Shown: positions 56,218-64,000 of the stretch, piece by piece
Position numbering within the stretch: the first letter of the stretch is position 1
Layout: each line of letters opens with the position of its first letter
Source: an uncultured archaeon
Lineage (GTDB): Archaea > Iainarchaeota > Iainarchaeia > Iainarchaeales > 1-14-0-10-31-34
Direction: 5' to 3'
Assembly: GCA_964608675.1 (NCBI GenBank)
Contig: CAZSOZ010000002.1
Span: forward strand, 160,001-224,000
DNA: 64,000 nucleotides
Translations under genes and position numbers: made by a program
Notes under the pieces: generated by a model
Told to the model about the DNA's origin: nothing
Database searches by the model: none
The model's input: only the letters and a program-made list of their open reading frames with translations

Positions 56218-57423
56218 TTATTCTTTGTCACGCAGTGCTTCAACAGGATCCATTAAAGAAGCTCTTCTGGAAGGAATAAAACCTGAAATCACTCCAACAA
56301 AAAAAGCAAAACCAAGAGAACCTAAAAAAAGAAATAAATTAAATTCAATAAACAAATCAACTCCTGATGAGCTTGCAATGATTCCTCCAATTAAAGCCAA
56401 AGCAAAACCAATTAAATAGCCGATAAATCCTCCAATTAAACCAATGATTCCTGATTCAGTCAAAAAAAGCGAAAGAACAATAGTGTTTGTTGCGCCCACT
56501 GCTTTCATTACTCCTATTTCTTTTGTGCGCTCAACAACAGACATAAGCATTGTATTCATTATTCCAATGCCTCCTACAACCAAAGAAATTGCAGCAATAA
56601 AAACCAAAACAATCTGAATTAAACCTAAAACACTTAAAGCAGTTTCCTGTATTTGGGATGCAGTTAAAATCTGAAAATCTTCTTGTCCGTGAGCTCTCTC
56701 TAATTCTCTTTTAATTCTTTCTTTTACTTCAGAAACATCTTCTTTATTTACTGCTTTAGCAAAAATTCTATAAGGAGTTAATTCTTTTCCTGTTATTTCC
56801 TCTAAAGTTTCATAATTCATTACAACCGCATTATCAAACATTGAACCAAAAGACTGACCTGTTGCCTTAGTGATTCCAACAACTTTTAATGAACCTCCTT
56901 CAAGAACAAGATTCTGCTTTAAATTTATTTTATTTTCAAACTTGTCTTCAGCAAAAGTTTCTCCAATTAAAACAGAATAGTTATCTGAAGAAGCCAAATG
57001 CCTTCCTTTATTTACAGTTAAAACACCCAAATCTTCAAGCAAAGACTGTTTTTTTACGTCAATTCCCAAAATCAAAGCAATTTTTTTTTCGTCTTTGAAT
57101 TCAATGTTTTCAGTTGACAAATACAAAGGAGTAGCTGATTCAACTCCTTTGACTGCTTCAACTCTGTCCGCATCTTTTTCATCAAGTTTAGCAAAAGCAG
57201 AACTCACAAAACTGGAGCCAGGCAAAACAATCAAAGTGTTTGAACCAAGTTTTTCAAATTCTTTTTCAACTGATTTATTAAATCCTTCTCCTATTGAAAT
57301 TAATGCAACAACAGAACCAATTCCAATAATTATTCCAAGCAAAGTCAAAAAACTTCTGAGTTTCTGCTTTTTAAGGTTTTCAAATGCATTAAAAAATAAT
57401 TCTCTGAAATCCATTTTTTTCAC
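56218..57423 (-). CDS. ABC transporter permease (MacB/FtsX family)
   Basis: LRSFLTLLGIIIGI, ISLVVGGIGIMNTM..SV.ERTKEIGVMKAVGA, DPVEALR. Confidence 0.93.
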   Translation of the reverse strand: MKKMDFRELFFNAFENLKKQKLRSFLTLLGIIIGIGSVVALISIGEGFNKSVEKEFEKLGSNTLIVLPGSSFVSSAFAKLDEKDADRVEAVKGVESATPLYLSTENIEFKDEKKIALILGIDVKKQSLLEDLGVLTVNKGRHLASSDNYSVLIGETFAEDKFENKINLKQNLVLEGGSLKVVGITKATGQSFGSMFDNAVVMNYETLEEITGKELTPYRIFAKAVNKEDVSEVKERIKRELERAHGQEDFQILTASQIQETALSVLGLIQIVLVFIAAISLVVGGIGIMNTMLMSVVERTKEIGVMKAVGATNTIVLSLFLTESGIIGLIGGFIGYLIGFALALIGGIIASSSGVDLFIEFNLFLFLGSLGFAFFVGVISGFIPSRRASLMDPVEALRDKE

Positions 57424-57449
57424 TTAACCAATTTTCTTTTTTTAATTTT

Positions 57450-58667
57450 TTATTCAAATCTTAATGCCTCAACTGGATCCATTTCTGCTGCTCTTTTTGC
57501 AGGAATCCATCCAGAAACCATGCCAACAACCAAAGAAAAAATTAATGCACCTGCAATTAATTCAATTGAAGGAAAAGCATTAAATGCAAAACCTGCATAA
57601 GAAGCAGTAAAAGACGCAAACAAAGCAATCAAAGAACCCAAAACTGCTCCTACAATTCCTCCAATTAAACCAATTAAAGCTGATTCAAACAAAAAAATCC
57701 CAAGAACTGTAGTGCTTGTAGCACCAATAGCTTTCATTATGCCGATTTCTCTTGTTCTTTCCATTACAGCCATTAACATTGTATTCATTATGCCTATTCC
57801 TCCTACTACAAGAGAAATTCCTGCAATCACAAAAACAATTAATCCTACCAAACCAAGTATTGCGTCTGCTCCCTGAAGCAGATTCTCTGAAGTCATTGTA
57901 TAAAAGTCTTTTGCCCCGTGCTTTTTTTCTAATTCGTCTTCAATTTCTTCCTGTATTTCATTAATTCTTTCAGTGTCTTCAACTGTAACCAGCAATTCAA
58001 CAGGATTTTTTTCATTAAAATAGTCTTCAACCACTCTTTTGTTTACTAACACCATATTAGAAACGCCAAAAGAAGAAGCAAAAGCATTAGGTTTGCTTAT
58101 TGCAATAACACGAAATTTTTTTCCGTTTATTTCAATGTTTTCTCTTACCTGAATTTCTTCATCAAAAGTTTCAGAAGCAAAATCAGAATACAAGCCAACA
58201 GAAAAATTGTCTGTTGAAGTAAATTCTCTTCCTTCAATTATTTGCACGTAACCCATTTGTTCAAGCAAATACATTTTGTCTGCTTCCATTCCAACTAAAA
58301 TCACTTCCACTTCCTGTCCTTTGTATTCAAGTATTGCAGAAGTTTCCCAAAAACCAGTAGCATCTTCAACTCCTCTAACTCGCTTAATTACATCCAAATC
58401 ATCTTCTTTTAAAGTACGGGCAATAGCAGTAGTGATTCCTGCTTCAGAACCAGGTTCAACAAAAATAGTGTTCATTCCAAGAGACTGAAGTTCTCCAGTA
58501 ATGAATCCCTGCAGACCCTGAACAATAGCAATCAAAGAAACAATTGCAGCAATGCCAATAATTATTCCAAGCAAAGTCAAATAACTTCTAAGCTTCTGGT
58601 TTCTGATGTTTGTAAAAGCAACAGAAAAGGTTTCAAAATCAATCATTTGCACCTTTCCTTTTTTCAT
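57450..58667 (-). CDS. ABC transporter permease (MacB/FtsX family), paralog
   Basis: Same family motifs: GGIGIMNTMLMAVMERTREIGIMKAIGA, DPVEALRFE. Confidence 0.93.
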   Translation of the reverse strand: MKKGKVQMIDFETFSVAFTNIRNQKLRSYLTLLGIIIGIAAIVSLIAIVQGLQGFITGELQSLGMNTIFVEPGSEAGITTAIARTLKEDDLDVIKRVRGVEDATGFWETSAILEYKGQEVEVILVGMEADKMYLLEQMGYVQIIEGREFTSTDNFSVGLYSDFASETFDEEIQVRENIEINGKKFRVIAISKPNAFASSFGVSNMVLVNKRVVEDYFNEKNPVELLVTVEDTERINEIQEEIEDELEKKHGAKDFYTMTSENLLQGADAILGLVGLIVFVIAGISLVVGGIGIMNTMLMAVMERTREIGIMKAIGATSTTVLGIFLFESALIGLIGGIVGAVLGSLIALFASFTASYAGFAFNAFPSIELIAGALIFSLVVGMVSGWIPAKRAAEMDPVEALRFE

Positions 58668-59863
58668 TTATTTTTTTTAATGAATTTTTTATAAACAAAC
58701 CTTCCTGCAAAAAACAATACAATCAAAACAACAATCCAAAACCATAAATTAAAATCGGAAACAGAAACTTCAGCAACATCATAAACTTTTAAAATTAAAT
58801 TTTTGGTTATTGTTTTATCTGCACCATACTGGTCTTTGTACTGCATTATAATTTGAACAGGATATTCTCCTTTCTGCAAATCAGAATTCAAGTTAATTGT
58901 TTCTTTAAAAGAATCAAAGTCATCCGCATTCATGGTTCCAATAAAATGCTTTGGATTCTCAAATTCTCCTATTTCAGTTGAAAGCAGTACAACAAGAGAT
59001 TTTGCATCTCCTACTCCAACATTAAATAAATCAAAAGTTAATTCAGTTGTCCCCCCAGAATAAGGCTTGACTGAATAATTACTTATAACTGCATCCATTT
59101 CAGCGTTCTCTGCTACCTTAATTCCAATGTATTTTGTTTCAGTGTAATCAGTTAATTCTTCGTCTTTAAATTTAATTGTAATCGGCACCATATAAGTTTT
59201 CTGGTCTGCTTCAGGATTAACCCCCAAAATAATTGCAACAGTTTTTTCCTGTCCTTCCTTTAATTCATTCAAAAAAACAAAAGAACTTCCCAGCTGTTTT
59301 ATTTCTCTTTCAACAACCACTCCGGTGCTGGTTACAGTTCGATCTTCAGTGCTTCCCACTAAAATATTCAAAGCTTTCCCTGAACCAACATTCTTTAAAT
59401 TAAGGTTTACTTGAATGGACTGCCCTGGAGCAATCTCTGTCGGTTGAGCAGAAACAACTTCAATCTGAGGAGAAATCCTTAATACATCAATAGAATAAGG
59501 AACGCTTTTTTTTATGCCGTCTTCTTCAAGTACTTTCATTCTAATACTATAACTTCCATTTAATGCTTCAGAATTAACTCTGACTTTAAATTTAACTAAA
59601 AGGTTTTCGTTTCCTCTGATTGTTCCAAGCTGTTTTTCAGCTGAAACCCCTGGATCCAAAGAAAAAGGGTAATCTAAATCCAAAACAAATGAAACAGGAT
59701 TTGATTCAGCAGAACTTTTATTTTTTACTACAATCCATAATTCAGTGTATTGTCCTGGAACAGCAGGAGAAGGCGAATAAGTAACAGAATTAATATCCAA
59801 ATTTACTGCAGAAACAATTCCTACAAAAAACAAAACCAAAAAAAACAATAAAAATTTCTTCAT
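58664..59863 (-). CDS. COG1361-like S-layer-domain protein associated with the ABC exporter
   Basis: Signal peptide, YSPSPAVPG, P.EIAPG...L.NVG.G.A.N Ig-like repeats, C-terminal TM; typical archaeal operon context. Confidence 0.8.
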   Translation of the reverse strand: MKKFLLFFLVLFFVGIVSAVNLDINSVTYSPSPAVPGQYTELWIVVKNKSSAESNPVSFVLDLDYPFSLDPGVSAEKQLGTIRGNENLLVKFKVRVNSEALNGSYSIRMKVLEEDGIKKSVPYSIDVLRISPQIEVVSAQPTEIAPGQSIQVNLNLKNVGSGKALNILVGSTEDRTVTSTGVVVEREIKQLGSSFVFLNELKEGQEKTVAIILGVNPEADQKTYMVPITIKFKDEELTDYTETKYIGIKVAENAEMDAVISNYSVKPYSGGTTELTFDLFNVGVGDAKSLVVLLSTEIGEFENPKHFIGTMNADDFDSFKETINLNSDLQKGEYPVQIIMQYKDQYGADKTITKNLILKVYDVAEVSVSDFNLWFWIVVLIVLFFAGRFVYKKFIKKNK

Positions 59864-59951
59864 TTTTTACACCTCAAAATGACTCGGGGTATTGCATTAA
59901 ATAATTTGAATCCTGCAATAATAATTTAAATCAATAATTTAATAAACGCTT

Positions 59952-60653
59952 TCAATTTTTTTTTAGTTTTTTGTCGTCAACAATTTTTCCGTCTTTTAAA
60001 AAAATTATTCTCTGAGCTTTTTCTGCAATATCCTGTTCATGAGTTACGATTAAAATAGTTTTTCCTTTCTTTGAATGCAAATCAGAAATTAAATCCATTA
60101 TTTGGTCTCCTGATTTTGAATCAAGGTTTCCAGTAGGTTCATCTGCAACAATAATATCAGGATTAACAGCTAATGCACGAGCAATAGCCACTCTCTGCCT
60201 TTGGCCTCCGGAAAGCTCGCTTGGCTTATGGTTAATTCTGTCTCCTAAACCAACATCAGACAAAATTTTTTCTGCAGTTTTTTCTCTTTCGTTTCTTGAA
60301 GTCCCCTGAAACCACAAAGGAAGCATTACGTTTTCTTTTGCAGTCAAACGATTAATTAAATTAAATGTCTGAAAAACAAAACCAATAGTTTGTCCTCTGA
60401 TTTTAGCTAATTCATTGTCATCCATTTTTGAAATCGGCTTATTATTAATAAACACTTCTCCTGAACTAGGACGCAGTAAAACACTTAAAATGTCAAGCAA
60501 AGTTGTTTTGCCTGAACCAGAAGGCCCCATAATAGAAAGAAATTCTCCTTCCTTTAATTCAAAGTTAACTCCATTCAAAGCATTAACTTTAACTTTACCC
60601 ATAAAATAAGTTTTAACTACATTTTCTGCTTTAATAATTGTTTTTCCTGCCAT
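59952..60653 (-). CDS. ABC transporter ATP-binding protein (LolD/MacB type)
   Basis: [35 protein letters not shown]. Confidence 0.96.
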   Translation of the reverse strand: MAGKTIIKAENVVKTYFMGKVKVNALNGVNFELKEGEFLSIMGPSGSGKTTLLDILSVLLRPSSGEVFINNKPISKMDDNELAKIRGQTIGFVFQTFNLINRLTAKENVMLPLWFQGTSRNEREKTAEKILSDVGLGDRINHKPSELSGGQRQRVAIARALAVNPDIIVADEPTGNLDSKSGDQIMDLISDLHSKKGKTILIVTHEQDIAEKAQRIIFLKDGKIVDDKKLKKN

Positions 60654-60754
60654 CAGCACACCAAAAAAAAAAGTTTTTCAATAAAAAATGAAGTCAAATC
60701 AATTTAAATAATTTTTGAAATGTAATTTTTTTATTAAAAAAAAAAGAGAAAAAA

Positions 60755-62290
60755 ATGAATAAAAAAGATTTAATAAAAAAAATAAAAGAAAACTGCACTT
60801 TAATTAAAAATCCTTTACCAGAGGAATTAAGAGAAACTGCCAAGCCAATGGAAAAAACAACTGAATTTGGTTCAGCATCATATGTGACAAAAATAAGAAG
60901 CAGAAGCGCAAAAAAAACTTTTATTGTGCCAGAAATAAAACTGGGAATAAAACAACAGGAAATAAAAGAAAAAGAAGCAGATGAACTCGCAGAAAAAGTT
61001 TTTGAATACCTTAAAGGAAAAGAATTAATTCAATTAGACAAAACAATGTGTACAAAACAGGAATACGAAATTCCCTGCAGGCTTTATGTAAGCAAAGAAC
61101 AAGCAAAACTTGCTTTCATGTGGAATTATATGCTGTTTGAATCAAAGCCTGCTGAACCGGAAATGATTTCAATTCATATTCCTGAATGGCCTGAAACAAA
61201 AATATTTTGTTATCCAAAACAAAAAATTACTTTTTGTCTGGGTTCAGATTACTTTGGAGAAGTAAAAAAAAGTTTTCTGAGAATGGGCATGTTTTATCAT
61301 AAAGAAAGAACAAAAGGATTAGGATTTCATGCAGGAAGCAAACTACTTAAAGTAAAAAACAAAAACAATGAATTAAAAGAAACCGGTTTTATTATGTTTG
61401 GATTAAGCGGAACAGGAAAAACCACTTTAACAATCCACAACCATAACTTAACAGGAGAAGAAGAATACAGCATAAGACAGGATGACGTAGTGTTTATGAA
61501 CGAAAAAGGATTCTGTGCAGGAACAGAATACGGTTTTTTTATTAAAACAGAAGGATTAGATGAAAGCCAAAAAGTTTTATATGAAGCAGCCACAAAACCC
61601 ACTGCAATCTTTGAAAACGTAATGGTAAAAGAAAACGGAAAAATAGACTTCAAAGACTTAAGTTTGACTTCAAACGGAAGAGGCGTTTTGCCCAGAAATT
61701 CAGTTGAAGGCGCAGGACCAGAAATAAATTTGCCTAAAGCACACAAAATAATTTTTATTACAAGAAGAGAAGACATTGTTCCAGTAATAGCAAAACTTTC
61801 ACCAGAGCAGGCAACAGCATTCTTTATGTTAGGAGAAAGCATTGAAACTTCAGCAGGAGATCCTTCAAAAGCAGGGCAGTCAAAAAGAGAAGTTGGAACA
61901 AACCCATTCATTATAGGAAAAGAAGAAGAAGAAGGAAACAGATTATATGAAATACTCAAAAAAAACAAGGACATTGAATGCTTTGTAATGAATACAGGAG
62001 GCATTGGAAGAACAGGATTCGGAAAAGGAAAAAACATTTCAATTAAACTGTCAACCGATATAATGAAATTTATTGCAAAAGACATGATTGAATGGATAGA
62101 AGACTCTCACTGGAATTATTTAGTGCCAAAAAACATTCCTGGATTTGATTTCTCTGAATTTGATCCGGCAAAATATTATTCTCCAGAAGAATTCGAAGAA
62201 AAAATCAATAAACTAAGAACAGAAAGAAAAGAATGGTTAGCTCAGTTTCCTGGACTAAAAAAAGAAATAATTGAATCAATTGAAAAATGA
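60755..62290 (+). CDS. pckA: Phosphoenolpyruvate carboxykinase (ATP)
   Basis: RSRSAK, YFGEVKKS, GLSGTGKTT, QDD, GTEYGFFIKTEGL, FENV, NGR, NPF. Confidence 0.88.
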   Translation: MNKKDLIKKIKENCTLIKNPLPEELRETAKPMEKTTEFGSASYVTKIRSRSAKKTFIVPEIKLGIKQQEIKEKEADELAEKVFEYLKGKELIQLDKTMCTKQEYEIPCRLYVSKEQAKLAFMWNYMLFESKPAEPEMISIHIPEWPETKIFCYPKQKITFCLGSDYFGEVKKSFLRMGMFYHKERTKGLGFHAGSKLLKVKNKNNELKETGFIMFGLSGTGKTTLTIHNHNLTGEEEYSIRQDDVVFMNEKGFCAGTEYGFFIKTEGLDESQKVLYEAATKPTAIFENVMVKENGKIDFKDLSLTSNGRGVLPRNSVEGAGPEINLPKAHKIIFITRREDIVPVIAKLSPEQATAFFMLGESIETSAGDPSKAGQSKREVGTNPFIIGKEEEEGNRLYEILKKNKDIECFVMNTGGIGRTGFGKGKNISIKLSTDIMKFIAKDMIEWIEDSHWNYLVPKNIPGFDFSEFDPAKYYSPEEFEEKINKLRTERKEWLAQFPGLKKEIIESIEK

Positions 62291-62361
62291 AGCGGATTGA
62301 TTTAAATTTGTTTTGCGCATTCTATTTTATGAAAAATTATGAAGTTTTTTGGAGGGGTTGA

Positions 62362-63561
62362 ATGCCGGAAATAAGTAATAGAACAAAAAATTTAGGAACC
62401 GAAAATGCTTTTGTTGTGTTAGGAGAAGTCAACAAAAGAATTGCACAAGGAGAAAAAATAATTAGTTTTTGTATAGGCCAGCCTGATTTTGATGCCCCTG
62501 AAAACGTAAGAGAAGCAGCAAAAAAAGCAATTGAATCAAATAAATCAGGGTACACTTCTTCCTGCGGAGTGCCTGAATTAAGAAAAGCAATAGCAGAATA
62601 CGAAGGAAAAGCAAGAGGAATAGAAATTAACCCTGACTGGATTGTAGTTGATTCAGGAGCAAAAAGCTTTATTACTCATTCAATTATGACAACAACAGAC
62701 TACGGAAAAGGAGACGAAATAATGTACCCTAATCCAGGATACCCAATTTATTCAGCACAAACAGAAGTAAACGGAGCAACAGGAATCCCCTACAATATTC
62801 TGGAATCAAAAAACTTTAATTTTGATTTAGAAGAATTCAAAGAAAAAGTTTCAAATAAAACAAAATTAATTATAATTAATTCCCCGCAAAACCCAACAGG
62901 AGGAGTTCTCACAAAAGAATCATTAAAAGGAATAGCAGACATTGCATTAGACAAAGACATATGGGTTTATGCAGACGAAATCTATCAGCACATAATGTTT
63001 GACGGAAAATTTGAAAGCATTGCTTCATTAGAAGGAATGCAAGAAAAAACAATTATTGCAACAGGAGTAAGCAAAACTTTTGCAATGACCGGCTGGAGAA
63101 TAGGATATGCAATAAACGAAAAATTAGCTAAACCTTTTACTACCTGGGTTACAAACATTAATGCATGCGCAGGACACGTCAACCAGTTTGCAGCAATAGC
63201 CGCACTAAAAACAGCAGAAGAAGACGCAAAAAAAATGACTGAATCCTTTCACAAAAGAAGAGATTTAATTGTAAAACTAGTTAACGAAATTCCCGGATTC
63301 AAATGCTTGAATCCAAAAGGAACTTTTTACATTTATCCAAATGTAAGTGAAGCATGCAAAATGATTAACACAAAAGATTCAGAAGAATTAAGAAAAAGAA
63401 TTTTAGATGAAGCAAAAGTAGCTGTTCTGGCAGACATTCATTTCGGAAAAAAAATCCCGTCAGAAGGCGAACACTTAAGATTTTCTTTTGCAACATCAGA
63501 CGAAAACATAAAAGAAGGAACACAAGCAATAAAAGAATTCATGGAAAAAAACTCAAAATAA
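62362..63561 (+). CDS. Class I PLP-dependent aminotransferase (aspartate aminotransferase-like)
   Basis: IGQPDF, INSPQNPTG, DEIY, SKTFAMTGWRIGY, LRFSFA. Confidence 0.93.
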   Translation: MPEISNRTKNLGTENAFVVLGEVNKRIAQGEKIISFCIGQPDFDAPENVREAAKKAIESNKSGYTSSCGVPELRKAIAEYEGKARGIEINPDWIVVDSGAKSFITHSIMTTTDYGKGDEIMYPNPGYPIYSAQTEVNGATGIPYNILESKNFNFDLEEFKEKVSNKTKLIIINSPQNPTGGVLTKESLKGIADIALDKDIWVYADEIYQHIMFDGKFESIASLEGMQEKTIIATGVSKTFAMTGWRIGYAINEKLAKPFTTWVTNINACAGHVNQFAAIAALKTAEEDAKKMTESFHKRRDLIVKLVNEIPGFKCLNPKGTFYIYPNVSEACKMINTKDSEELRKRILDEAKVAVLADIHFGKKIPSEGEHLRFSFATSDENIKEGTQAIKEFMEKNSK

Positions 63562-63563
63562 AA

Positions 63564-63998
63564 TCAAGAAGAATTTGAATCCATGGGAACAACCTGTTCT
63601 TGAACATCCTTCTCCACTTGAGAAGAATTTAAACTGCATACAGCTATTTCAGAATAATCAAAGTCATTCAAAAAATAATTAAAAGTAAAATTTTCTTTTA
63701 CATTAAAAGAAGAAAAATCACCAGACAACGAAATTGCAGTAAAAACCCCCGGCTTTAAAGTATAAGGACAAACAACACATTCAGTTTCCAAAACAGAAGT
63801 TGTCACATCATTTAATTGAATTTCGTTTTCAGTTAAATTAATTAAACCAAAAACAAGAAAATTGTCCTGCAAAGAAACAGATTGAATTTTAATGTTAGAT
63901 GAAATAAAAGTGCATTCACTTTCTTTTTGAGGGCTTTCAGAGTTCATAATGCTGACTCCCATCATCAAAGCCTTAAAGCATGCTCCAACGGCTTCAAA
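63564..63998 (-). CDS. Hypothetical protein; 5' end lies beyond the right window edge
   Basis: The frame stays open upstream of 63968 to the edge (FEAVGACFKAL...). Confidence 0.55.
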   Translation of the reverse strand, partial: FEAVGACFKALMMGVSIMNSESPQKESECTFISSNIKIQSVSLQDNFLVFGLINLTENEIQLNDVTTSVLETECVVCPYTLKPGVFTAISLSGDFSSFNVKENFTFNYFLNDFDYSEIAVCSLNSSQVEKDVQEQVVPMDSNSS

Positions 63999-64000
63999 AG

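Noticed and set aside
649-63182. Many short antisense or overlapping ORFs in the track (for example 5912-6337, 28029-28454, 49615-50091, 61327-62085)
   Set aside because: They are shadows of well-supported genes on the opposite strand or frame, are F/S/L-biased and have no motifs.
1-64000. CRISPR array, rRNA, transposase or integrase genes
   Set aside because: I saw no regularly spaced repeats, no long GC-rich RNA segment and no recognisable transposase or integrase ORF.

Overview
This is a very AT-rich, gene-dense archaeal chromosome segment. The evidence is a group II chaperonin, TrmB, Taw1/TYW1, an archaeal-type riboflavin synthase domain, a box C/D sRNA and COG1361/ABC envelope genes. 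The style of the surface proteins and the many lysine-rich orphans suggest a DPANN archaeon, possibly Iainarchaeota/Diapherotrites (inference only). Housekeeping content includes ileS, SSB, thermosome, thyX, tRNA-modifying radical SAM enzymes, malic enzyme, two-subunit fumarase, PEPCK, mtnA, a PerR-AhpC-SOD-ferritin cluster and riboflavin genes. The most notable observations are: (1) a four-gene, tandemly duplicated, translationally coupled secreted module ending in a 1149-aa protein with an intact lytic transglycosylase (SLT) domain; (2) an orphan with tandem HTHs and a sigma-70 region-2-like segment inserted into the malic enzyme-fumarase cluster; (3) a rare tRNA-Ile(UAU) directly upstream of ileS; (4) a RibC-RibH fusion in an otherwise bacterial-type rib operon; (5) a box C/D sRNA with a downstream duplicate of its 3' end; (6) bacterial-type ispH; (7) a histone-fold-like protein; (8) dispersed palindromic repeats and several decayed gene remnants. 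All calls come from motif recognition by eye; no searches were run.
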